Positions 9,801-19,500 of a stretch of DNA of 35,297 nucleotides are shown here, piece by piece. How positions within the stretch are numbered: position 1 is the first letter of the stretch; each line of letters opens with the position of its first letter. Position numbers and translations under genes: made by a program. This DNA is from Silvanigrellaceae bacterium. Lineage in GTDB: Bacteria > Bdellovibrionota_B > Oligoflexia > Silvanigrellales > Silvanigrellaceae. The stretch spans positions 1 to 35,297 of the forward strand of contig JBMSQQ010000029.1 in assembly GCA_049423385.1 (NCBI GenBank), given 5' to 3'. The notes under the pieces are model-generated. The model was not told where the DNA came from, searched no databases, and saw only the letters and a program-made list of their open reading frames with translations.

Positions 9801-10121
9801 TTACTTTTTCTTCTTGGCAGCACGCTTCACGCCAACAGCGTCCTTGAGGGACTTGGCAGCGCGGAATGTCACTTTCTTGGAAGCAGGAATGCGGATTTCT
9901 TCGCCGGTCTGTGGGTTGCGGCCCATGCGAGCAGCACGTTCCTTGACCTGGAGAATACCGACCTTGTCGATACGGACTTTGGAATGATTGCCAACAACTT
10001 CCTGCTCGATGAGAGTCAGGAACTCCTGGAGGACTTCCTTGGTCACCTTCTTTGGAAGTTCAGTGTGGTTGGCAGCAACAGTCGAAATCAGCTGTGATGT
10101 CGAAACGGTCGACTTTTTCAT
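9801..10121 (-). CDS. hup: HU/IHF-family DNA-binding protein
   Basis: RAARMGRNPQTGEEIRIPASKKVTFRAAKSLKDAV signature; AAGGAG RBS before the ATG at 10121; basic tail KRAAKKKK. Confidence 0.93.
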   Translation of the reverse strand: MKKSTVSTSQLISTVAANHTELPKKVTKEVLQEFLTLIEQEVVGNHSKVRIDKVGILQVKERAARMGRNPQTGEEIRIPASKKVTFRAAKSLKDAVGVKRAAKKKK

Positions 10122-10167
10122 AACACGCTCCTTGTGATGAACCGTTTGCAGATGCGATTTACACAGG

Positions 10168-10196
10168 AGATTAGCGACCCTGGCGAAAACTGTCAA
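10168..10196 (-). promoter_or_regulatory. Sigma70-type promoter for the HU gene
   Basis: TTGACA, a 17-bp spacer, then TAATCT on the minus strand, about 47 bp upstream of the HU start. Confidence 0.65.
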
Positions 10197-10197
10197 A

Positions 10198-11574
10198 TCA
10201 TGCGTTGAGTTTGGGCCCGCGAGCCGTGTGCGGGGACACCATCGGACTCAAGTTTCCCTTGCTGCGCGCCTCGATCTCGATCATCGACTCAAACAGTTTT
10301 TTGGAGACATTTATGGTCTCGGATCGAAGCCCGCAAAAGGTAAACATCTCGCTTGAAGCAACCCAGCGGATCTCTCCTTTGAGGAGAAGGTTCTGCGACT
10401 TGTTCTCCGGTTCGGAAACCGCTGATGCTTCCATTCCCGACATTGATTTGCGGGTCCGCTCTGCCAAGGGGCCAAGGGTCGTCGACTTGATTCCCTTGGT
10501 TGGTGCAGTCTCGTTTTTTTGTGAAAGTGCCACGGCCAACTCCTTGGCCCGGGTCTTTTGCCATTTGTCGAGCGCATCCACTCCCGCCTCGATCAGGTTG
10601 GATGGAGGAACGTGCAACTGAAGAATTTGTCCCTCATTCATATTCACAAGAGCAGAACCACCCTTGCCTTTGCCTGCAATGTTGAATGTCAAATCATGAT
10701 TGCTGATTCTGATTTTTGCCCCACCCAGGCTCACATCGTCGATTGTGACGGGAATGATTTTGCGCACAGGCTCCTGTGGAACCAACTTCTCGGTCATCAC
10801 GGGATTCGCAGGCTTCTTTTCTGTTGACTTGATCGCACCCTTGCCTGTCGGAGCGGTCGGCTTTTTGCCCACAGCAACGGCCATCTTTGTTTTACCCACC
10901 AGTGTTGTCCGGGCAGGCACCTGTTTGGTGGAAGACGCTTTTTTGCTGGTTTGCGCCGGTTCGGTTTTGCCTGCTGGTTTCGCCGCCGTCTTCTTCGTTT
11001 TTACGGGATTTGCTTTTGCGGTTGGCTTGGTTTTGCCAGCAGACTTGCTCTTTGCCTTTGGCTTGGCCTTTGCCTTGGCAACCTGAAGTGTCTTTGTTGT
11101 GGCCATTTTTCCTGTCACTGCCGCCATCAGGGTTGGTTTGTATTCCACTTCCAAAAACGCAGGAAGAGCACAACTCAAACGCCGCTGACAGCGATGCTTT
11201 CCTTCAATGAACCTCTGCGCAAGTGAAACAACAAGTTCGGGCTTCACTGGCTTTTTGAGCCAGCTCAAGCAGTCATCAAAAGCAGACAAGTCGCGATCAA
11301 TCGACTCCTGAACATCCGGACGATCAAATGCGGTGATGAGAATTGGTTGTGTAAACATCTTCTTGAGACGGGCTGCCGTATACGCACCATCGCGATCAGG
11401 AAGATCATAGTCGATAATGAAAGCATCAAGCTCGCCGTTCGCTTTGGCCAATTCAAGCGCATCGGCAGAGGTTCTTGCGACAACGACCTGCACACCGGGA
11501 AAGTGGTCCTTGAAGACTTCGCTTGTCATCACCAGACTGGCTTTGCTCGCATCAGCAATCAAAATGCGCTTCAT
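10198..11574 (-). CDS. Response regulator: REC domain plus a PilZ-like domain interrupted by Lys/Ala/Thr/Pro-rich inserts
   Basis: REC motifs ILIAD, IIDYDLPD, ITA and KKPV; PilZ motifs RCQRR (RxxxR) and DVSLGG (DxSxxG); GEIRW..CGL C-terminal strands; GGGAG RBS before 11574. Confidence 0.8.
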   Translation of the reverse strand: MKRILIADASKASLVMTSEVFKDHFPGVQVVVARTSADALELAKANGELDAFIIDYDLPDRDGAYTAARLKKMFTQPILITAFDRPDVQESIDRDLSAFDDCLSWLKKPVKPELVVSLAQRFIEGKHRCQRRLSCALPAFLEVEYKPTLMAAVTGKMATTKTLQVAKAKAKPKAKSKSAGKTKPTAKANPVKTKKTAAKPAGKTEPAQTSKKASSTKQVPARTTLVGKTKMAVAVGKKPTAPTGKGAIKSTEKKPANPVMTEKLVPQEPVRKIIPVTIDDVSLGGAKIRISNHDLTFNIAGKGKGGSALVNMNEGQILQLHVPPSNLIEAGVDALDKWQKTRAKELAVALSQKNETAPTKGIKSTTLGPLAERTRKSMSGMEASAVSEPENKSQNLLLKGEIRWVASSEMFTFCGLRSETINVSKKLFESMIEIEARSKGNLSPMVSPHTARGPKLNA

Positions 11575-11625
11575 TCTGCTCTCCCTTGCGTGATTCAAAA
11601 TTCCTCGGCTGCTCTGTTGCGTTTC

Positions 11626-12264
11626 TTATTTCTTCTCTTGGACGGATGGATTCGCTGGCGCGGGAGCCGGGGAAGCAGCAGGATCGGCCGCGTTTGCCTC
11701 CTCAGCATAAGGATCAACAACAGGCGAATCGACAGTCACACCTTGAGTGGAAATGCCTTCAAGTGGCAAACCAACATCCCAGTTGTATTCGGTATCGAGA
11801 GGCTTGATGGAAGCAATCGCCCATTGTCCATGCGTATACTTCATGGTCGCAAGGCTCCTGACTTCTTGCAGGGGAGCGCGCTCCTTTTGTTCACCTACCG
11901 ACCAGCTCTTGAACTTCAATCTGTACTCAATCTGAATCTCGCGACCAGGTTCGATTTCATTTGTCGAAAGAGACTCGAAAACGGCAAAATCATAACGGCG
12001 ATCAAGGTAGGCCTTTTTGAAGGCTTCTGGAGTGGACGATGTCAGGTTGTCTCGGAATTCGCCGGTGGTCAGATTCTCGAGCTCTTCACGTTGCTCCATC
12101 CGGGTGATGTTGAGCGCGAGATCAATATAGCTGCGCAATTGTTGTTCCGGAGGAACATCAACGCGTGAACTGCAGCGCACGGGTCCGCATCCGAGAAACA
12201 GAAACAAACCAACACTCAACACAATCCAGCGACGGGCAATGGCAAAACAGGCGCTCCGTGACAT
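11626..12264 (-). CDS. Putative lipoprotein (possibly NTF2-like fold)
   Basis: Signal peptide with lipobox-like FLGC; GGAG RBS before the ATG at 12264; Pro/Ala-rich tail. Confidence 0.65.
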   Translation of the reverse strand: MSRSACFAIARRWIVLSVGLFLFLGCGPVRCSSRVDVPPEQQLRSYIDLALNITRMEQREELENLTTGEFRDNLTSSTPEAFKKAYLDRRYDFAVFESLSTNEIEPGREIQIEYRLKFKSWSVGEQKERAPLQEVRSLATMKYTHGQWAIASIKPLDTEYNWDVGLPLEGISTQGVTVDSPVVDPYAEEANAADPAASPAPAPANPSVQEKK

Positions 12265-12326
12265 GCAAATCTCCAGCAAAGAGAGCTTCATGGCTCAAGT
12301 TTAGCAAAGGGTCGTGAGTTGGGGGT

Positions 12327-12860
12327 TCATCGTGATGTCGCAGGTTTGGCGGATTGAGCAGCCTGTGCCCACCGACAAACCTCGTCTGCTGTCCAACGTG
12401 AAGCCTCAATCTCGATGGCGTTGTTTTGAAATTCAGACAAACCGGCATCAATCGACCATGCCTTTTGGTCTATTGCGACCAACGACGGCTCGTTGATTTT
12501 GAGCGGTTTCAATGAAGTTTCGGAGACCGACACTCCCAATATCCGCAATTCTCCCGCCAGGCGTTCCAGGCGACCATTCTGCTTTTCGGACAGGGGCTCA
12601 AGACGCAGTGCCGTGAGCAGACCACGCTGCGCTGCACCATGAAGAAAACTTGCCAGTTGTCGATCTTCGAAGGTTTGACTCAAAACGCAAATTCTGGATT
12701 TTGCATTCAAGAATTGGTCCGCCAGGGCATCACGAAAAACCCGCCAGGATGGAAAAACAACCCCTTCAGCCCTGAAAACCGATTGTGCAGATTTTGGAAC
12801 TGAATCAGGACTTGCGCTTGCGGAGCACAACGGCATAAAAGCCATCGAGATCATCAGCAT
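12327..12860 (-). CDS. Phospholipase D/Nuc-like fold protein lacking the HKD motif; start uncertain
   Basis: NAKSRICVLSQTFEDRQLASFLHGAAQRG resembles the PLDc_2 N-terminal pattern; fills the gap between rsmB and the lipoprotein gene. Confidence 0.55.
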   Translation of the reverse strand: MLMISMAFMPLCSASASPDSVPKSAQSVFRAEGVVFPSWRVFRDALADQFLNAKSRICVLSQTFEDRQLASFLHGAAQRGLLTALRLEPLSEKQNGRLERLAGELRILGVSVSETSLKPLKINEPSLVAIDQKAWSIDAGLSEFQNNAIEIEASRWTADEVCRWAQAAQSAKPATSR

Positions 12861-14181
12861 TGCCCGGAAGGATGAGCAGCTCATTCCCACGCGTGACGTA
12901 TTTCCTGTAATAGTCATGCACCCGCCGATCCAACGGAACAATTTCGAACTCTTTGTGCCGTTCAAGAAAATCGGACATTTGAAAGGTCGTTTCTTCCTGC
13001 TCGATACTGCATACAATATATACGAGCTCGCCACCGGGCCGCACGGCAACCGCCAGCCCGTCAAGCAATCGACGCTGTTCCTGGGCGCAATGTTCAATAT
13101 CTTGGGGAACCCGCTGCCATTTGCTTTCGGGGTGTCTGCGAACAACTCCCAAAGCCGAACAAGGAGCATCCAACAAAATAGTGTCAAACTGGCGTTCCCC
13201 CAGTTGAGCAAGGACGTCACCCTGCAAAATCTCAGCGGGCTCAACTCCCAACCTTTCCAGATTCTGCCTGAGGAGGGACATCCTTTTTTGACTGCTTTCG
13301 GCAAGCACGAGGTCACGTGCGTCGACACCCTGATCCCACAAAGCCAATGACTTTCCTCCCGGCGCTGAACAGGCGTCGAGTACACGACCGCACTCGGCCC
13401 CCGGGCGGACAAGGCCGACCGCAAGCTGTGCAGCAACATCCTGAACGATATAACAACCGTTCAAAAAAGCCTCGCATCGGCTGAAATCGGGAAGACGTTC
13501 AACCCTCAGCGCAGACTTCAGCGGCAACCACTCACTCTGAATCCCTTGGGTGCGCAATAGATAAGCCGCCAGATCTTCCTCTGTGGGAAGGGGTTTTCTG
13601 GAAATTTTTCGCAAGGTGATGGGTGGTGCCTTGTTATTGTCGGAAAGAAAATGCTCAAGCCTGTCGACAGCAATATGCCGCATCCAGCGCTCGACCATCC
13701 ATTGCGGATGGGCAAATTGAACCGAAAGGTAATTCACCGTGTCGGTTTCACGATCCGGTTTCGGATAATATTCCGCCTTTCGAGCCACCCGCCGTAAAAT
13801 TGCATTTACAAACGATGCCGCGTTGCCTGCCCCAACCTTTTTGATCGCCTCAACCGTTTCGGAAACTGCAGCGCGGTCGGGAACCCGATCCATATAAAAA
13901 ATCTGGTATGCACCAATGCGCAGAGCACATGCCACCCGAGGATCGAGACTTGCGAAAGGACGATCGACCATGTGCGACATGATCCAGTCCATCTTCGACA
14001 ACCAACGCAATGAGCCATAGACAATTTCAAAAATGAAGGCGCGATCGAGCGGACGCAATTCTGCGGCGTGATGCGAAAAGAGTTTCTCCAAGGCGGCGTC
14101 CGCATGTTGGCGACGTGTCAACACATGATTCAGTGCATCAATTGCAATAGCTCGAGACAAAGTCCCAATTCTCGTGGACAT
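12805..14181 (-). CDS. rsmB: 16S rRNA m5C967 methyltransferase
   Basis: NusB-like N-terminus (FVNAILRR), VQD, LDACSAPGGKS, LDAPCS and VCS motifs; GGAGG RBS before 14181. Confidence 0.95.
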   Translation of the reverse strand: MSTRIGTLSRAIAIDALNHVLTRRQHADAALEKLFSHHAAELRPLDRAFIFEIVYGSLRWLSKMDWIMSHMVDRPFASLDPRVACALRIGAYQIFYMDRVPDRAAVSETVEAIKKVGAGNAASFVNAILRRVARKAEYYPKPDRETDTVNYLSVQFAHPQWMVERWMRHIAVDRLEHFLSDNNKAPPITLRKISRKPLPTEEDLAAYLLRTQGIQSEWLPLKSALRVERLPDFSRCEAFLNGCYIVQDVAAQLAVGLVRPGAECGRVLDACSAPGGKSLALWDQGVDARDLVLAESSQKRMSLLRQNLERLGVEPAEILQGDVLAQLGERQFDTILLDAPCSALGVVRRHPESKWQRVPQDIEHCAQEQRRLLDGLAVAVRPGGELVYIVCSIEQEETTFQMSDFLERHKEFEIVPLDRRVHDYYRKYVTRGNELLILPGNADDLDGFYAVVLRKRKS

Positions 14182-14254
14182 GAATCTGCGCCTCCCCCGC
14201 GCCAACGGCCGGGTCGTATGCCAAAGACAGCCGACATTCAAACAAAAAAATCAA

Positions 14255-15523
14255 TCAAATCTGACTGGCCAGACGTCCATCAGCGGGCAATTCGGGACCT
14301 GAACCCCAAGGAGCAAGGCTATCCCAGCGCCCACATGAACCACATTTCCATTGAAAATGCCGCTGCATTGCCGAGCACCCCTGGCAAAAGAAGAATGTTT
14401 CACGCCGGACAGTCTTCAGTTGCACAGCCAGAAGCTGGGCCAAGGCCGCCAGCCAACGGGTTTCTCCCGCCATATTTTTCCGAAGCAAGGTCATCACATC
14501 GAAGAACAGAGCCACGTCCCTGCGAAAAACTTCGTCGTTCGCGTAAGTCCCGAAGTCGATTTGATTGAGGAGTTCAATTTTCAGCCGAGTCAGCACCTGC
14601 TCAACTTCAGCATCATTTCTGTCGAAAAAATCAGCCCAGGCACCCAACAGGGAAAACGCGAAAAAAGGAGCGCGGTTTGAGTGGGATCGACCCAGTCGCA
14701 GGAGCTCCGCGAGGTCAACGAAAAAGCCCAACACGTCTTGGTCGAGAGGACGGGTCGGATCGGGTTGACTCAAGATGCTGGTGGCTTCAATCAGGATCAA
14801 CTTCGCTTCCAATGTTGACGGACTCCAACGCACCGCCTGCTTTGCAAGACTTGCTGCTTCACGCTGGCTTCCACGCAGCAGCACATGCCGCGCAGCAGAG
14901 CTGATAAAATGAGTCACCTCGCGCGCCAATTCGCCGGACTTCGGACCCGAATACGTCTCGAGAACATCCATCAGCAATTTGTGATCGGGGTTGGCATGAC
15001 AGGCGGACAGCAAGAATTTGAAAATTTCGGGCTGGGCAGGTTTGCGATGCAACAACTCCAATCCTGTTTCAATCGCCTTCTCAGAAAGTCCGCTCAGCGC
15101 ATAGACCTGTGTCAGTTCAAACATGGCTTTGTTTGTTTGGGTGCGCGAAACTTTCTCTGAACCCAAAATCTGCAGATAGAGTGCGACAGCCTCCCGGAAT
15201 GAATTCTCCTGAACTGCATATCTGGCCGCCACAAAAACAGAAGCCAAATCGAATTGTGTCGGCTGCAACTCAGGCTCGTGATCGTCCTCAAAAGCAATCA
15301 GGGGATTTTTTGCGGAAAACCTGGCATCTCCTGCCAAACTGCCTCTGTAGACACCATATTTATCAATTTGACGAAAACTGCGACGAAAAGAGCGCCATGC
15401 AGAGGGAAAAAGAAAACCCAACACCAACCCCAGAAAAACCCCGGTGACCAGAAAGAAGACTGCTTCATAGGTATCCCAAAGTGGAAGACCATCGGCAATC
15501 GTATCTGAAACGGGTCTCGGCAC
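14255..15523 (-). CDS. LapB/YciM-like protein (TM helix, TPR-like repeats, C-terminal rubredoxin-type Cys4)
   Basis: N-terminal TM helix, helical repeats and CQGC-x7-WKCGSCGRW; AAGGAG RBS before the GTG; divergent from kdsB. Confidence 0.72.
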   Translation of the reverse strand: MPRPVSDTIADGLPLWDTYEAVFFLVTGVFLGLVLGFLFPSAWRSFRRSFRQIDKYGVYRGSLAGDARFSAKNPLIAFEDDHEPELQPTQFDLASVFVAARYAVQENSFREAVALYLQILGSEKVSRTQTNKAMFELTQVYALSGLSEKAIETGLELLHRKPAQPEIFKFLLSACHANPDHKLLMDVLETYSGPKSGELAREVTHFISSAARHVLLRGSQREAASLAKQAVRWSPSTLEAKLILIEATSILSQPDPTRPLDQDVLGFFVDLAELLRLGRSHSNRAPFFAFSLLGAWADFFDRNDAEVEQVLTRLKIELLNQIDFGTYANDEVFRRDVALFFDVMTLLRKNMAGETRWLAALAQLLAVQLKTVRRETFFFCQGCSAMQRHFQWKCGSCGRWDSLAPWGSGPELPADGRLASQI

Positions 15524-15625
15524 CGCGTGTCTCCTTTGGGGTCACAAAAACAAATAGGTCCGTCCGGTTTGGGTCTCAAACATACAACTGGTAGACTTCT
15601 CGGACAACGATCAAGGACATAAACA

Positions 15626-16522
15626 ATGACCCACCCAACTCCGAATGCGGGAGCACTCAACAATCCACCGGGCCTCAAATTGGTGATTGCCATACCAGCA
15701 CGACTTGGTTCCACACGGCTTCCACGCAAGCCACTTGCAACATTGGGCGGTAAACCGCTGATTCTTCGGGTCGCAGAGCGGGTTGAAAACTGCATTGGGT
15801 ATCTGTGTGAACAATTACCTTTGGAGCGTTCCGATGTGTTGGCCTTTGTTGCAACCGACAGTGTCGAAATCGAGGCAGCACTTTCTCGATGCAACATCCG
15901 GACCCTGATGACAGCGTCCGAGCTTCCCTCCGGAACCGACCGCATCCTTGCGGCAGCCCAGAGCCTGGAGCCTGCTTTTCGCGAAAGGCTGAAAGGCGAC
16001 ACCTTGTTCATCAATCTGCAGGGTGACGAACCTTTTTTTCATTTTCAGGACATCAAATCTTTGGTTTCGACCATGTTTCAAGACCCACTAGCTCCGATGG
16101 GCACACTTGCATTTGAGCAATCCGATGGACAGCAATTTTTGCGCACTTCTGTTGTGAAAGTCGTTTGCAATTCCGCGGGCGATGCCTTGTATTTCTCGAG
16201 AAGCCCCATACCCTGGCCACGGGAAATTCTAGGAGCGAGTCACTCCGTTTCGATGGCGCAGGATCTGATCAAAAATTCACCTGCCATATCCTTTCGCCAA
16301 CATGTCGGTGTCTATTCATATCGGTACTCCGCGCTCAATGACTTGACCAAAATGAGTCAGAGCAAGCTGGAATTGGCGGAGGGGCTGGAGCAACTCAGAG
16401 CCCTCGAGGCAGGGTGGCGCATCAAGGTTGTCAGTGCGCTTGAAGCTCCCTTCGGAATCGACACACCTGACGACCTGCAACGAGCCGAAGCTTATCTTCG
16501 CAATGAAGGAAGACCCGAATGA
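15626..16522 (+). CDS. kdsB: 3-deoxy-manno-octulosonate cytidylyltransferase (CMP-Kdo synthetase)
   Basis: IPARLGSTRLPRKPL, SGTDR, NLQGDEP, ALYFSRSPIP, EGLEQLRALE and GIDTPDDL. Confidence 0.97.
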   Translation: MTHPTPNAGALNNPPGLKLVIAIPARLGSTRLPRKPLATLGGKPLILRVAERVENCIGYLCEQLPLERSDVLAFVATDSVEIEAALSRCNIRTLMTASELPSGTDRILAAAQSLEPAFRERLKGDTLFINLQGDEPFFHFQDIKSLVSTMFQDPLAPMGTLAFEQSDGQQFLRTSVVKVVCNSAGDALYFSRSPIPWPREILGASHSVSMAQDLIKNSPAISFRQHVGVYSYRYSALNDLTKMSQSKLELAEGLEQLRALEAGWRIKVVSALEAPFGIDTPDDLQRAEAYLRNEGRPE

Positions 16523-19500
16523 TGTTTCCTCGATTTTCAAATCGACGCGCTCAAATTCATATTCTCGCATTGACAACCGCAACAACGGCCATGCTGCATC
16601 GCTCACAAAGTGCAGAAGCCGTGCCAGCCAGCATCCTGTTGCAGTCCAGCAGCACCCAGGCAGATGTCCAATGGGGACGGCTGGAGAACGACAGGTTTGT
16701 TGTCTATTATGACTCCTCGCAGAAAGCTGTCGCAAACCACGCGATGAGAGCGGTTGAACGCGCATATCCGGACATGAGCCTGCTGCTCGGAGCGGTCCTG
16801 AAAGGACAGCCCACTCCACCCGAACTTCCGGAATCTGATGTCCTCACATCAAATTTCAGCAAAATCCCGATCATCGTCAGCTCTCGTTCAGATGGTGCCT
16901 CTTTCGCCAATTTTATTTCCCAGTCACTCGAAATACAGTCGAGCGAATCGCCACCTGCATCCTTGTTTCAGCATGAATTGGCGCATCGGATCATGTATGA
17001 GCACATCGATTTGAATGTGGGTCCCGCCGGAAGAACCTTCATGCTGACGATGTTGCCATCATGGTGGACGGAAGGTCTTCCGGAATACCTGACAGAATCT
17101 GTGGGAAGACTCGAGACCCAAGGCCTGCTGCGGGCCATGGTGCTGAACGATACGTTCCTGAGCTGGGACAGACTGCATGCACTCTACAAAGCTTCCGGCG
17201 ATGTCAGTGCCCGGGGATATGCCTTGTCCGGACGTTTTTTCAAATACTTTCTCGACAAGACACCCGGGCGGAATCTGCGCGAATTGCACAGCAAACTCAT
17301 GTGGAGACAATTGATACCGCCATTTTTCACCGGGTCGTATTTTCTGATTCGCGGCCTGACCGGCAGCTGGCCGGGAGACCTCTACGAATCTTTTAAAAAA
17401 GACCTTAAAAAACAAATTTTGTCCGACCTCGAAGGGATGCCGCGGCTTGAAAAAATCGCAGGTGCCAACAAGGTTTTCGAAAGCCTGAGTCCATTCTCGT
17501 TTGCGAGTTTGGGCAAAACCATCGTTCAAACCGACTTTGCAACAAAAAGCCGGGCAGGCGGGCTCGTCGTTCATCAATTCGCCAACGAAAACAAATTCAA
17601 AAGTACCGGTTCTTATCTGCGTCCACTCAACATTGCGCCAAATGACCGCATCGTTGTGAATCCGAAGGAATGGAGCAACGGTGGTTTCTGGACAAGCCAA
17701 TCCCAGAAGGCAAACAACCGCACGTTCGGCCAGGTGGTTTCCTACTACTCATTCAGGGGACTGCTGGATGAACTTTCTGACGAAAAAATTCTCGGACGCA
17801 TCGATTTTCAACTTGGCAGCGAGGCTGCTCCACCTTCGGTCCAACGGATTGTTTCGATCGCACCGCAAAATGCGGCAGCCCTGACAACCCTCAACACGGA
17901 AACAAAACTTTACCTGCTCAACACGAATCTTCGCCAACACACCCTCCTCGGCAACTGGAGGGCTCCGGACAATGTGAATTTGGTCAGGCCACATCATGCA
18001 CATGCGGAAAGTGAATCCACACTGTGCGCTCATGTGATTGTCAATCGAGACGAGGAGCGCACCTCGCTGGAACGGCTTTGCCATGGCGAATCGCCACAAA
18101 CCATAATCCCGGAAGGGCAATTTTATATCACGGATGCCGTGATGCTTGCACCTGACGACTTTGTCCTGCTCACAGGCTGGAACAGCACACAGGCATTGGT
18201 CCACTGGAACAAGGGAAAAGTCGAGCTGATCAGTGGTTTTGCAGACTTCGTCACCAGCATTGAGCCTGGAGATCAGCCGGAATCCCTGATGTTGCGCGTC
18301 AACACCGGAGGAAACACTCAGCTTTGGCAGACCACACTGAAGGATTTGCGCAAGTCTTACCTCGGATGGATCATTTCGCGGCCCGAAAAATCAAAATGGT
18401 GGAAGGTGCCACAGTACGTGCGCTACGAACCACCTTTTGCCCGCTACGCCAAGGCAATACGCAAAGCCATTGGAACATACAAAGAAGAAAAAGCAGCAAT
18501 ACAACCACCCTTGAAGCCTTTCGCTTCGACAGACAAGAAAATATTGTTGGCCGATGCTGCACCTCCAGAAGCAAAAGAAGATAATGAGTCTGAAGAAATG
18601 GCCGTCCCGAGTGTTGAAGTTCCAGCACCCGAATATCTGCCGAAAATTCCCGAATCCAGTTTGTCCAAAACGGCAATCCAAAAGGTGAACGAGAACCGAA
18701 ATGCAGATGTGCTGGAGGTTCTCGAGGAACCCGATCCTGAAACCAACTCCTCAATCTCGATTCCGGCGCCCTATCGATTTCGCCACTGGATGACCTACCC
18801 GAATGCCCTCCCGCCGTTTTTGGCGGGTGTGTGGACCTTTGGGTTTTTCTCGCGTCCGCTGGTGGATGAAATGGAACGATTTTATCTCCAGCTTTTCGGA
18901 ACGTACTATTACGATCCCGACATCACGCCAACCGATCGTCTTGCACTCGAAATGAACATGGTCGGGAACAGACTTTTCGATGGTTGGAAAGGCAATGTGT
19001 TCATGCGCCCCAGGTTCAATGGACTCACAGGCTGCCGGTTCCCGAATGATCCCAAAGTTTATATTTGCCAATTGTATCTGAGGGAAACAGGAGCAGATCT
19101 TCAACTGAATCGTCGTCTGGATTTGTTCGATTCCACTTCAGACATCCACGCCCGCGTTTTTCAAATTTCACCATCATCGCGCGGTGCTGATCTGGGTCAG
19201 CCGTCGCTCGGAGCTCAAAATGCTTTGCTGGCGAGTGTCGGGGGAACCATGTCCTTCGACACGTGGAGCAAAACCTTGTTCGATGCGCCTGTAGAACAGC
19301 TCGACAAGCGCGATATCGGGCTGGGTGGAACCCTACGGGTGGGTGTGGATTCGACCCACAGCCTTGGAACGGCAAAAGCAGGAAACGGACTCGCCGTCAG
19401 TCCGGTCGGCTTTCAGAACTATTCGCTCGAAATCACCAATAACGCCAACTATCGGAGTCACTCGCTCACGTTGCGGAATTCATATTCATCCACGGGCGGC

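Noticed and set aside
12861..13439. Upstream part of ORF 12327..13439
   Set aside because: It is an alternative frame inside rsmB with no recognisable protein features.
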